From PVC group bacterium (GTDB lineage: Bacteria > Auribacterota > Erginobacteria > Erginobacterales > Erginobacteraceae), in the NCBI GenBank assembly GCA_043804695.1, contig JAZDIV010000040.1, positions 1 through 47,483 of the forward strand: a stretch of 47,483 nucleotides of DNA. The letters run 5' to 3'. Shown in pieces: positions 1-8,650 of this stretch. Within the stretch, counting starts at the first letter, position 1; each line of letters starts with the position of its first letter. Both the position numbers and the translations under genes were made by a program. The notes under the pieces were generated by a model. It searched no databases, was not told where the DNA came from, and saw only the letters and a program-made list of their open reading frames with translations.

Positions 1-50
1 ACCAACAGGTTGTTTTCACTATAATTGTGTTTCAGCAAGATGTGATTACC

Positions 51-77
51 TAAATTAGCGCCGCAGGCGCTAATTTA
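51..77. repeat. Palindromic intergenic repeat TAAATTAGCGCC-GCA-GGCGCTAATTTA
   Basis: Perfect inverted repeat. Related copies at about 7444, 8526, 24023, 26941 and 36365. Confidence 0.85.
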
Positions 78-97
78 CTGCTTCGGAATTTCAATAA

Positions 98-148
98 TGT
101 AGTGGCAGAGCTTGCTCTGCCTCAGGTCGAGCAAGCTCGACCACTACA
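98..148. repeat. GTAG-type REP-like double hairpin
   Basis: TGTAGTGG...CCACTACA ends enclose two small hairpins (cagagcttgctctg, ggtcgagcaagctcgacc). Confidence 0.75.
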
Positions 149-225
149 ATTCAAGTTGCGAAGCTAATTTCCTGTTTCGGAATTTTCAGCCTGAGGCTGA
201 TGCGCCTCTGGCGCACAATAAACAT

Positions 226-281
226 CGTAGCGGCGGTCTTTAGACCGCCACCCTCATGGCGACCTGAAGGTCGCCGCTACG
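226..281. repeat. GTAG-type REP-like double hairpin
   Basis: CGTAGCGGC...GCCGCTACG with two internal hairpins. Near-copy at 8557-8611. Confidence 0.8.
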
Positions 282-327
282 AAGTTGGCGCGAAGCGCTA
301 AGTTTTAGCAGTACATCACAGGAGGGT

Positions 328-2034
328 ATGATGAGAAAGGTATTTATAACGGTAATTCTAATAAGCACGCTGATGGTCGCGCTTGAAGCCGGGGCGACGC
401 CGTCCTTCTCGGGCTCGCCCGGATATATAAGCGTCCCAGTCGTCACCGTTAACGGCGATCCGTCAACCTGGATATCCGGTATTCTGGGAGCGGACGGTGA
501 CGATAACGGGACCGTTTATCTCTTCGCGGAAGATCGCTACATCCTCCGGAAAGAGGAGGGAGCGACGCTGACGGTCCTTCATGATTACGGTTATTCCGTC
601 TTCGGCAGCTTCATAAAGCTTTGGGGAGAAACACTCTATTGCGGAGAGTCGCTCACCGGAACCGTCACATCAATCCCCGTCGGCGGAGGGTCTCCAATTG
701 AACTCTTCACCCTTTCCAATAACTATGACTGCGACTTCAACAGCCAGTCCGTCATGTTCCTCTCCGCCAATCCCAGCTGGGCGGGGAACCTGATCTACGC
801 CTGGTGGGAGGGGATGACCGAGCCGGAGCTGCTGGCGAATGTCGGCGGGAACTCCGGCCCGATCGCGGTCGACAGTAGCGATAATCTCTACTACGGGCGC
901 GCCACCGCTTACCCGCCCGGGCCCGAAGATATCGTTTACTACACCGCCGCCCAGATCGAAGACGCCCTGACGACGGGGATACCCCTCACCCCGGCGGTCT
1001 GGACAGTCTACGCGCCCGGGGCGGAAGCGCCCGTCGCCATCGCATTCGACCGCGCAACGCCCGTTCAGAACCTGATCTCAGCCAGTACCGCCTTCGGCAC
1101 CCTGCGGCGGATATCGCCGGCCGACACCGGGCTGCTGGGCGCCGGGACCTTTCCCGGCAGCCCGCGGTTCACCGGCCGGGGCGCTCTCCGGGCCTTTCTC
1201 CCTGACGGCGGCAGCCTGATCGTGAACTGCACGGACTTTCTCGATAGCTTCGACAGCACGGTTTACCGACTCCAGCCCTGTCCCCAGAACTTCATTTTGG
1301 GATCAGGAAACTACGGTTCCGCCGGCCGGAGCGAGATCGCGGTCTTCCGCCCCGCGACCGGCCTCTGGGCGGTCCGGGGGGGAGAACGGGCCTATTTCGG
1401 CCGGGAGGGAGACCTCCCCGTGCCCGGAGATTACACCGGAACCGGATCTGCTCATCCGGCCGTCTTCCGGCCGTCGACCGGGTTATGGGCCGTCAACGAA
1501 GGTGATCGCCTCTACTTCGGACGGGACGGCGACATCCCGGTCCCCCGGGACTTTGACGGCGACGGGATGATCGATCACGCCGTTTTCCGTCCTTCCTCCG
1601 GGCTCTGGGCGGTCTGTGATCTCAGCCGCGTCTACTTCGGCCGGGAGGGCGACTTCCCCGTCCCGGCGGATTACGGGAGCGGCGGGCCGGAGGTCGGCAT
1701 CTTCCGTCCGCAGACCGGTCTCTGGGTGATCCGGGATATGAGCCGGTTCTACTTCGGGCTCCCCGGTGATCTGCCGGTCCCGGGGGATTACAACGGTAAC
1801 GGCACATCCGAGCCGGGTATCTACCGGCCGGCGGTCGGCCTGTGGGCGATTCGGGACCTGACCCGGATCTACTTCGGTTCAATGAAAGACGGCGACATCC
1901 CGCTGCCGGCGGATGGTGACGGCGACGGCACCACCGATCCGGGCATATTCCGCCCGGCCGGCGGACTCTGGGCAATCCGGGGTGTCACCCGGGTTTACTT
2001 CGGAGCCGCGGGCGATTTCCCGGCCACAAAGTAA
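328..2034 (+). CDS. Secreted protein: N-terminal beta-propeller-like region plus six C-terminal FG-GAP/VCBS-like repeats
   Basis: SD AGGAGGG upstream, signal peptide, six FRPxxGLW(A/V)...R.YFG..GD.P.P.DY.G.G repeats. Confidence 0.85.
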   Translation: MMRKVFITVILISTLMVALEAGATPSFSGSPGYISVPVVTVNGDPSTWISGILGADGDDNGTVYLFAEDRYILRKEEGATLTVLHDYGYSVFGSFIKLWGETLYCGESLTGTVTSIPVGGGSPIELFTLSNNYDCDFNSQSVMFLSANPSWAGNLIYAWWEGMTEPELLANVGGNSGPIAVDSSDNLYYGRATAYPPGPEDIVYYTAAQIEDALTTGIPLTPAVWTVYAPGAEAPVAIAFDRATPVQNLISASTAFGTLRRISPADTGLLGAGTFPGSPRFTGRGALRAFLPDGGSLIVNCTDFLDSFDSTVYRLQPCPQNFILGSGNYGSAGRSEIAVFRPATGLWAVRGGERAYFGREGDLPVPGDYTGTGSAHPAVFRPSTGLWAVNEGDRLYFGRDGDIPVPRDFDGDGMIDHAVFRPSSGLWAVCDLSRVYFGREGDFPVPADYGSGGPEVGIFRPQTGLWVIRDMSRFYFGLPGDLPVPGDYNGNGTSEPGIYRPAVGLWAIRDLTRIYFGSMKDGDIPLPADGDGDGTTDPGIFRPAGGLWAIRGVTRVYFGAAGDFPATK

Positions 2035-2172
2035 TTTTTTTCCGGGGGACGTCGGGCGTCCCCCAAAAAAAATGACAGTTTTATCCATATCATGTATACT
2101 ATCGGCAGAAGACTATAATCCGCCCTTTGATATACTAAGGAGAGCAATAAATAGATTGCATTCTTTGCAATG

Positions 2173-2251
2173 GTCATTGCGAGCGGAGCGAAGCAATCTC
2201 TTATTCTCCAATTTATTGAGATTGCTTCGTCACTTTGTTCCTCGCAATGAC
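2173..2251. repeat. GTCATTGCGAG...GAAGCAATCTC / GAGATTGCTTC...CTCGCAATGAC palindromic element
   Basis: Nested inverted repeats. Second copy at 22598-22702. Confidence 0.85.
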
Positions 2252-2312
2252 ATGCAACCTATTTTATGCTCTCCTTAGTAACTAATTTTTTCCGCAGGAA
2301 AAAATTAAAATT

Positions 2313-5261
2313 ATGATTTCAAAGATCATCAGGCTGATGCTCCTGATTGCGGGGTGCGCCCTGCTGGCGGCCGGCATCCGGCTGCTCCATCTCAAGTACT
2401 GTTCCGAAACCCCCGGCAGGGACAAACCCGTCGCCGTCAAGGTCACCCGCTCATCGGCGGACCGGGGCAATGCCGCCGACACGTTTCTGGCCGGACTGAA
2501 AGAAAATGTGACCGCCAGCCCGGATGGGGGCGGGGCCGGAGACGCAGCTCTCCCCTCTCCGACACCCCCCGTTCCCATCATCACGACCGGGAACCTCCCG
2601 ATGGGAGCGGTCAGCGCGCCCTACCGGCAGATTATTGAAGCGGCCGGCTTCACGGGAACGGTCATCTGGAAACTGGCCGGGGGGGAGCTTCCACCGGGGC
2701 TGATGCTCACGGGGGATGGTGTTCTCCTCGGCTTCCCGGAACAGGAGGGAGAGTGGCGCTTCACCGTGACGGCGCTGGGCGAAAAGGGGGAAGGCGCCCG
2801 AAAGGAGTTTCGTCTGCTGGTACGGCCGGACGGCGGGGCGGAGGGAACGGGGGTTCTGAAAATTACAACCGGGGCAATCCCCGACGGCTTTCTCGGCCGG
2901 AATTACCTCCAGCAGATTGAATCGGAAGGGGGGGAGCCTCCCTATGAATGGACGCTGGCGGGCGGGCTGCTGCCGGAACTGGTCCTGCTCAACAAGCAGT
3001 CCGGGGTCCTCTACGGCACTCCCCGGGAGATCGGGAAGTTCCAGTTCACCCTCCGCCTGACCGACGGTACCGGGACATTCGTCGAGAGCAGCTACACCCT
3101 CGAGATCAAGGAGGCGCCGGTCGAGATCGTCACCGACGCTCTTCCGCCCGCGGTCAGGGGGGAGGAATATTCTCTTGCCTTCCGGGCGGTCGGGGGGGTC
3201 CCGCCCTACCGCTGGGAAGTGGTCACCGGCCGTCTCCCCCAGGGGCTGCAGTTTGATCCGGAACGGGGGATCCTGAGCGGCGTCCCCGAGAGCAGAGAAG
3301 TCTCAACCTTCCTGATCCGGGTCACCGGCCGGGAAGGAAGATCGGCCGAGAAGGAGTTTGTCCTGGAGGTGACGTCAGACCACCGGGGAGGCGGCGGATA
3401 CTCTGATCCCCGGATCATGACCGACTCACTCGGGTCCGCCGTGCGGGGTATTCTGTACAACGCCCAGCTCACGGCAACCGGCGGAGACCTCCCTTATATC
3501 TGGACAATCTCCCAGGGAAATCTCCCGCCGAGCCTGACACTGGACGGTAATTCCGGGATGATCAGCGGCATCCCCGAAGAGGCGGGGAAGGCGATCTTCA
3601 CTGTCCTGGTCAGCGATTCCAACCGGCGCACCGGCTGGAAAGAGTTCAGCCTGGTCATTGATTATCAGCTGGTTTATATCACCACCGGCAGCCTGGGCGT
3701 CGCGGTGGCCGGCGAACCGTACAGTCAATCGATTGAGGCTACCGGGGGCACTCCTCCCTATGCCTTCAGCCTTGAATCGGGCAGCCTGCCGGACGACCTC
3801 ACGCTCAAATCCGATGGACAGATTACGGGAACAGTTTCCGACATCTATTTCGGGCAGGGAACACAGGAGTTTATCTTCCGGATCAGAGTTACCGACCAGG
3901 CCGGGCTTTATGATATCGCCGAACTCCGCCTGACGGTCCGGGAGACCGCCGAACCGACGCCGCTCTCCTCCCCCACCCCGGCAGCGACCGCCAGTCCGGT
4001 TCCGACAATCACTCCGGTCGGTTTTCACATCTCGACCGATTCTCTTCCCGGGGGCTGGGTGGGGAAAGATTATACAGCCATGATGGAGGCCGCCCATGGG
4101 GCCGCGCCTTACACCTGGAGCTTCCGAAACCTTCCGCAGGGGCTCTCCGGGTCGAGTTCGGGAACAATCTCAGGCGTTCCTGAGATCGCGGCTGATTACG
4201 AAGTTGACATCTCAGCCGAGGATGCGGCGGGCACCCTGGATTCGAAGACCTTGTCGCTGAGCATTAAGATAGCGGGGGTAAGTGGTCTTATCGCAGCCGC
4301 CGGAGACGGCAAGGCGGGACTGGCCTGGGTCAACCCCGGCCCGTCCCTGTTCAAAGAAATCCGGGTTATCCGCAAGACAACCGGTTACCCTCAGAACGCC
4401 GCGGACGGGGAGAACGTTTACCGGGGAATCGGCGACAATATCGTGGATACCGGTCTGACGAACGGTGTCACTTACTTCTACGCGGTCATCGCCTACGACC
4501 AGGCGGGAACCGACGGGGGGGTTGGCGGCAATAACCGGATCGAGATCACTCCGCTGGCAGTGGGAATCTTTTCGGAAAATGACCCCTATGCCGATGAAGT
4601 GATCAGCTTTTCCCCTCTCTCCCCGGGCGGCTTCGGCTCATCTTCCATGCCGGACATCGTGCTCGGTTCTCCCCGGGGAGAAGGGAAAGACCAGGGTTCG
4701 CTTGACGTGGTATCGCTCCACGCCCGGGTGTACGATGGAACGACACCCTGCGGGGGCACGGTCATACTGAGGTTTACCGGCAACCTGGTCTTTGATGGAG
4801 AAGGGTCTGATTTTACCATTTTTGAGAATGTCTTTGATATCAACGGGGATGAATCAAAACGCTGGATGGAGCCGGCGATCATATCCGTCAGCCAAGACGG
4901 GAAAACATACTACACGTTTCCCTATGATTACCGCCCCTCCTACTATGAAGATGGGAGCATCAATTACTACAACCCTTATTCCTATCAGGAGGGGTTTGCC
5001 GGGATCAATCCGGTATTCAGCAACAATGGAAGCCCCGATCCCACCAATCCATCCGTTTCCGGGGGGGATTCGTTTGATCTGGACGATCTCACCGGAAAAG
5101 ACGTCAACTGGATTCAATACATCAGGATTACCGCTACCGGCGATGGCTGGCTGAATGACGGAGACGGCGATCCCGTCAGGCACATCCAGGATCTGGGAGC
5201 CTGCAGCGGGGCCGGCTCTTCCGGTTTCGACCTGGACGCGGTCTGCGCGGTCAATTATTAA
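2313..5261 (+). CDS. Surface protein with six putative Ig (He_PIG-like) domains, an FN3-like domain and a C-terminal acidic cell-surface domain
   Basis: N-terminal hydrophobic anchor, six ITT..LP.A..G..Y...GG..PY.W....G.LP.GL repeats, DTGLTNGVTYFYAV, and C-terminal DFTIFEN, GGDSFDL and GFDLDAV motifs. Confidence 0.85.
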   Translation: MISKIIRLMLLIAGCALLAAGIRLLHLKYCSETPGRDKPVAVKVTRSSADRGNAADTFLAGLKENVTASPDGGGAGDAALPSPTPPVPIITTGNLPMGAVSAPYRQIIEAAGFTGTVIWKLAGGELPPGLMLTGDGVLLGFPEQEGEWRFTVTALGEKGEGARKEFRLLVRPDGGAEGTGVLKITTGAIPDGFLGRNYLQQIESEGGEPPYEWTLAGGLLPELVLLNKQSGVLYGTPREIGKFQFTLRLTDGTGTFVESSYTLEIKEAPVEIVTDALPPAVRGEEYSLAFRAVGGVPPYRWEVVTGRLPQGLQFDPERGILSGVPESREVSTFLIRVTGREGRSAEKEFVLEVTSDHRGGGGYSDPRIMTDSLGSAVRGILYNAQLTATGGDLPYIWTISQGNLPPSLTLDGNSGMISGIPEEAGKAIFTVLVSDSNRRTGWKEFSLVIDYQLVYITTGSLGVAVAGEPYSQSIEATGGTPPYAFSLESGSLPDDLTLKSDGQITGTVSDIYFGQGTQEFIFRIRVTDQAGLYDIAELRLTVRETAEPTPLSSPTPAATASPVPTITPVGFHISTDSLPGGWVGKDYTAMMEAAHGAAPYTWSFRNLPQGLSGSSSGTISGVPEIAADYEVDISAEDAAGTLDSKTLSLSIKIAGVSGLIAAAGDGKAGLAWVNPGPSLFKEIRVIRKTTGYPQNAADGENVYRGIGDNIVDTGLTNGVTYFYAVIAYDQAGTDGGVGGNNRIEITPLAVGIFSENDPYADEVISFSPLSPGGFGSSSMPDIVLGSPRGEGKDQGSLDVVSLHARVYDGTTPCGGTVILRFTGNLVFDGEGSDFTIFENVFDINGDESKRWMEPAIISVSQDGKTYYTFPYDYRPSYYEDGSINYYNPYSYQEGFAGINPVFSNNGSPDPTNPSVSGGDSFDLDDLTGKDVNWIQYIRITATGDGWLNDGDGDPVRHIQDLGACSGAGSSGFDLDAVCAVNY

Positions 5262-5310
5262 AGAATGGAACCCCCTATTTTTCTTTTCTTCGGCGCCTCT
5301 CGCGAATAAT

Positions 5311-7410
5311 ATGTATTTCATGACTGACGCGGGACTGCTGTTACTGACGATCTTCTGGTTCTGCCTCCTGCTCCTTATCCCCGGGGGGTTCACCCTCCTG
5401 GCCGCGGCGAAGAGAGGGTGGGTCTCCTATCTCCGGGGTTGGCCGGAGTTCATCTTTTTATCCTTTCTCGGCAGCTTCTCGCTCCTCTCGCTCTTCTCCC
5501 TGGCCGCCGCTCAGCTCGGTGTCTTCTCGATCACCCTGGTCGCCGGCCTCCTCCTCCTCTACTCCCTTCTGATCCTGGTCATCTTCCGGCCGGGCGGGGT
5601 CCGGATCGTCCGGAAGGATCCCGACGGCCGCGGATGGAGAGGAAGGCTGCCCGCGATCGCCCTTCTCTGCATCATGGCCCTGGCGGGGGTCCTCTTTTTC
5701 CGTCCCACCGAGTATATCTTCGGCGGCTGGGATCCGGGCGTCTACGCCGGGACCGCCGCCCACATCGCGAGAACCGGCTCGATCGTCGTCGCGGACGACC
5801 GCCCTTTTTTCCTCACCCCCGAAGAGCGGGCGGACTTCTCCCGGGAACACCGGGCCGGTTATCTTGAAAAGTACCCCGGCTTCCGCCGGTCCGGGCCGGG
5901 CGGGACCCGGCTGATCCCCCAGTTCTACCACCTCTTCCCGGCGCTGCTGGCGGTTGCCTCTTTTCCGGCCGGCCTGGCGGGGGGATTCTACCTGACGCCG
6001 ATCCTGGGGATGCTCTCTCTCCTGGCCGTCTATCTGGCGGTGCGCGAGTTCTGGAGCCGGAGCGAAGCCCTGCTTGCCGTCTTCCTGTTAACCGTCAACC
6101 TGGTGCAGATCTGGCAAGCCCGTTTTCCGACCGCGGAGATGCTGGGCCAGTTCCTCCTCTTCAGCGGACTCTTTGTCCTGGCCCGATTTCTTCTCCGCGG
6201 GGACCTCTACCCCGCCTGGCTGGCGGGAGTTCTCCTGGGGCTTTTCGTCCTCTCCCACATCAGCGCCCTTCTCATCATCCCGCCCCTGGCGATATTTTTT
6301 TTCTGCCGCTGGTTCCTCTCTTTCCGCCGGGAAGACGTTCACCTCCTCCTTCCCCTGATTATCCTGACCGCCTATTCTTTTCTCCCCCACCTCGTCTTCG
6401 GAAAGCACTACGCCTTCCTGGCGGCGGACACGTTCCCGGGGAAAAATTTCCCGCTGCCGGGTCTTCTCTGCCTCCTCGCCGCGGCCATGGCCGCGATCAG
6501 AATCTTGAAACGGCCTTTCCGCGAGCGGGCGGCGCTCCTGCTGCAAAAGAAAGGCTGGCGCCGGGCCGCCGCCGCCGCGGTGATCCTGCTGGCGCTGGGC
6601 GGATACTTTGTCCGGCCCGCGATCGGCGGCCTCAGCGCGGACAGGACCAACCTGGTGGAACTGGGATGGTTCCTGACCCTCCCGGGGTTGGTCCTGGGAG
6701 TGGCTGGGATCTGCCTTCTGATCCTGGGAAACCGGCGGGCCCCGGTCTGGGTCTTCCTCCTGATAACGCTTGCCTTCTCCGGCCTCTTTCTCTGGCGGCA
6801 GATGATCCACCCTTACTACCTCTGGGCGGCGCGCCGGTTCGCGGCGGTGATCATCCCGGGTTTTCTGATCTGCGCCGCCCGGGCGATCGTTCAGACAGGA
6901 CATCGGCGCCCGTACGGGCGACCCCTGGCGCTGGGAGCCTTCCTTCTGATCGCGGTCCTCGAGATCTCTCACAGCCGGGTTCTCTTCGCGCACCGGGAAT
7001 ACCGGGGGGCGGCGGACTTCCTGAACGGCCTGGCCGGCCGCATCCGGGGCGCCGATCTGGTGGCGGTGGAGGGATCGGTGGTTGACAAGCTGCCCGCCCC
7101 GCTCCATCTGGGCTATGGCTTTTCCGTGCTGCCGATCTACCTGGAAGGGAAAGGGCAGCTGGCCTTGATCGCGAGGCTGTTCCTTCGAGAATGCGCCGGC
7201 CGACCAGCCGGGGAAAAAGAGCCGGTTGTCTATCTCCTCACCGGTCAGGAGCCCGCACCCCTCCGGGGCGTCCGGTTCCAGCCGGAGGCCGAGATAAAAT
7301 ACCACGCGCCTCTTCTGGAACGGAGCGGCGTGCACATACCGGGGCGGCTGGACGACCGGGCGCCGGACGGGACCATAGAGGTAAAAATATACCGGATGCT
7401 TCCAGAGTAA
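5311..7410 (+). CDS. Polytopic GT-C fold glycosyltransferase (ArnT/PMT/GT39-like)
   Basis: Many TM helices, GGWDPGVY loop, QIWQARFPTAE motif. Start moved from 5155 (overlaps the upstream gene) to ATG 5311 or 5320. Confidence 0.7.
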   Translation: MYFMTDAGLLLLTIFWFCLLLLIPGGFTLLAAAKRGWVSYLRGWPEFIFLSFLGSFSLLSLFSLAAAQLGVFSITLVAGLLLLYSLLILVIFRPGGVRIVRKDPDGRGWRGRLPAIALLCIMALAGVLFFRPTEYIFGGWDPGVYAGTAAHIARTGSIVVADDRPFFLTPEERADFSREHRAGYLEKYPGFRRSGPGGTRLIPQFYHLFPALLAVASFPAGLAGGFYLTPILGMLSLLAVYLAVREFWSRSEALLAVFLLTVNLVQIWQARFPTAEMLGQFLLFSGLFVLARFLLRGDLYPAWLAGVLLGLFVLSHISALLIIPPLAIFFFCRWFLSFRREDVHLLLPLIILTAYSFLPHLVFGKHYAFLAADTFPGKNFPLPGLLCLLAAAMAAIRILKRPFRERAALLLQKKGWRRAAAAAVILLALGGYFVRPAIGGLSADRTNLVELGWFLTLPGLVLGVAGICLLILGNRRAPVWVFLLITLAFSGLFLWRQMIHPYYLWAARRFAAVIIPGFLICAARAIVQTGHRRPYGRPLALGAFLLIAVLEISHSRVLFAHREYRGAADFLNGLAGRIRGADLVAVEGSVVDKLPAPLHLGYGFSVLPIYLEGKGQLALIARLFLRECAGRPAGEKEPVVYLLTGQEPAPLRGVRFQPEAEIKYHAPLLERSGVHIPGRLDDRAPDGTIEVKIYRMLPE

Positions 7411-7442
7411 GGTTGATTACGGGCAGTGATTTTCATATAGTT

Positions 7443-7531
7443 ATAAATTAGCTCGCTGCGCTCGCTACTTTATAATGGACCCGACTGCGTCGGGTCTGTT
7501 GGTTAACTAAAATATTTCCTGAAGGCAACAT
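7443..7531 (+). repeat. Structured intergenic element, copy A
   Basis: Backbone shared with 24022-24118. Confidence 0.75.
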
Positions 7532-7600
7532 CGCAAAAGGTATTCCTCACCACAGACGACATCCATCACTATAGACATATAGTATGGGTAAGGAGGCGAC

Positions 7601-8371
7601 ATGGCTAAACAGAAACACTATGGACTGGGATGCCTGAAAGACCCGATGGACGGGCGGGATCTGCCGATGCGGGTGATCCTCCCCCGGATCACCGCCCCCG
7701 CCATGGTTGATTATACCCGCCGGATGAGCCCGGTGCGCAACCAGGGGGACGAAGGGACCTGCGTGGCCTTCGCGGCGGTGGTGGGCATGAAAGAATATCA
7801 GGAACAGGAAGAATGTCGGCGCCTGATCGAACTGTCGCCCCGCTACCTCTACCGCCTCTGCAAGCAGATGGACGGGATCCCGGACGAGGAGGGGACCTTC
7901 CCCCGGGTGGCGATGAAAGCGCTGGCCCAGCGGGGGGTATGCCGGGAGGAGTGCTGGCCCTACCGGCCGTATCAGACGGACAGCCCGTGTCCGGAGGCGG
8001 ATGAGCAGGCGCTCCCCTTCCGGATCAAGACCTACGCCCGGCTGGCGGAGATCGAGGAGATGGAGCAAAGCCTCTTCATCAACGGTCCTTTTCTGGCCGG
8101 CGTCGATGTCTTCCGAAACTGGTTTGAGGATCACGGGGGAGAAATCCAGCTTCCGGCGAACGGAGAGACTTCCCTGGGGGGGCACGCCGTCTGCGTCATG
8201 GGGTACAGCCGGGAAGGCACTTACTTCAAGTTTAAAAACTCCTGGTCTGACGACTGGGGAGACGGCGGGTACGGCTACCTTCCCTATGAATACATGGACC
8301 GGTATTGCCTGGACGCCTGGAGCTCCACCGACCTGATCGCCACCCCCGATCCGGCGGCCCGGCGCCGGTGA
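7601..8371 (+). CDS. C1 (papain) family cysteine peptidase
   Basis: NQGDEGTCVAFA (Gln/Cys), GGHAV (His), KNSWSDDWGDGGYG (Asn). SD AAGGAGG. Confidence 0.95.
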   Translation: MAKQKHYGLGCLKDPMDGRDLPMRVILPRITAPAMVDYTRRMSPVRNQGDEGTCVAFAAVVGMKEYQEQEECRRLIELSPRYLYRLCKQMDGIPDEEGTFPRVAMKALAQRGVCREECWPYRPYQTDSPCPEADEQALPFRIKTYARLAEIEEMEQSLFINGPFLAGVDVFRNWFEDHGGEIQLPANGETSLGGHAVCVMGYSREGTYFKFKNSWSDDWGDGGYGYLPYEYMDRYCLDAWSSTDLIATPDPAARRR

Positions 8372-8393
8372 AGCGCCGAATAATCAATTATTA

Positions 8394-8487
8394 GCCACCA
8401 AGGCACAAAGGCACCAAGATAAAGAGAGAAAAAAGCAAAAAACTTACCTTATTTGGTTTTTTCTTGGTGTCTTAGTGTCTTTGTGGC
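8394..8487. repeat. Mirrored octamer-like tandem repeats (CACCAAGG/CACAAAGG ... CTTGGTGT/CTTAGTGT)
   Basis: Direct 8-mers on the left and their reverse complements on the right, forming a long imperfect hairpin. Confidence 0.75.
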
Positions 8488-8525
8488 AAAAATTGCGAGC
8501 CCCGATGAATCGGGGTAGACTGCGC

Positions 8526-8611
8526 GAGCTAATTTACTGCTTCGGAATTTCAACGTCGTAGCGGCAGCCTTCAGGCTGCCAGATTGTGGCGACCTAAAGG
8601 TTGCCGCTACG
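8526..8611. repeat. GCTAATTTACTGCTTCGGAATTTCAA segment plus GTAG-type REP
   Basis: 26-nt match to 69-94, followed by a REP similar to 226-281. Confidence 0.8.
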
Positions 8612-8650
8612 CAGTTGCGCCGAAGACACTATGTTCTAAAAGGAGAGACT

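Noticed and set aside
5155..5310. Extended N-termini from the ORF track (5155, 8615, 13956, 17734, 18406)
   Set aside because: They overlap neighbouring genes or repeats. Downstream starts have better SD or domain boundaries.
7443..7545. c-di-GMP or other riboswitch upstream of the C1 peptidase
   Set aside because: No convincing consensus match, and the second copy is antisense to its adjacent genes.
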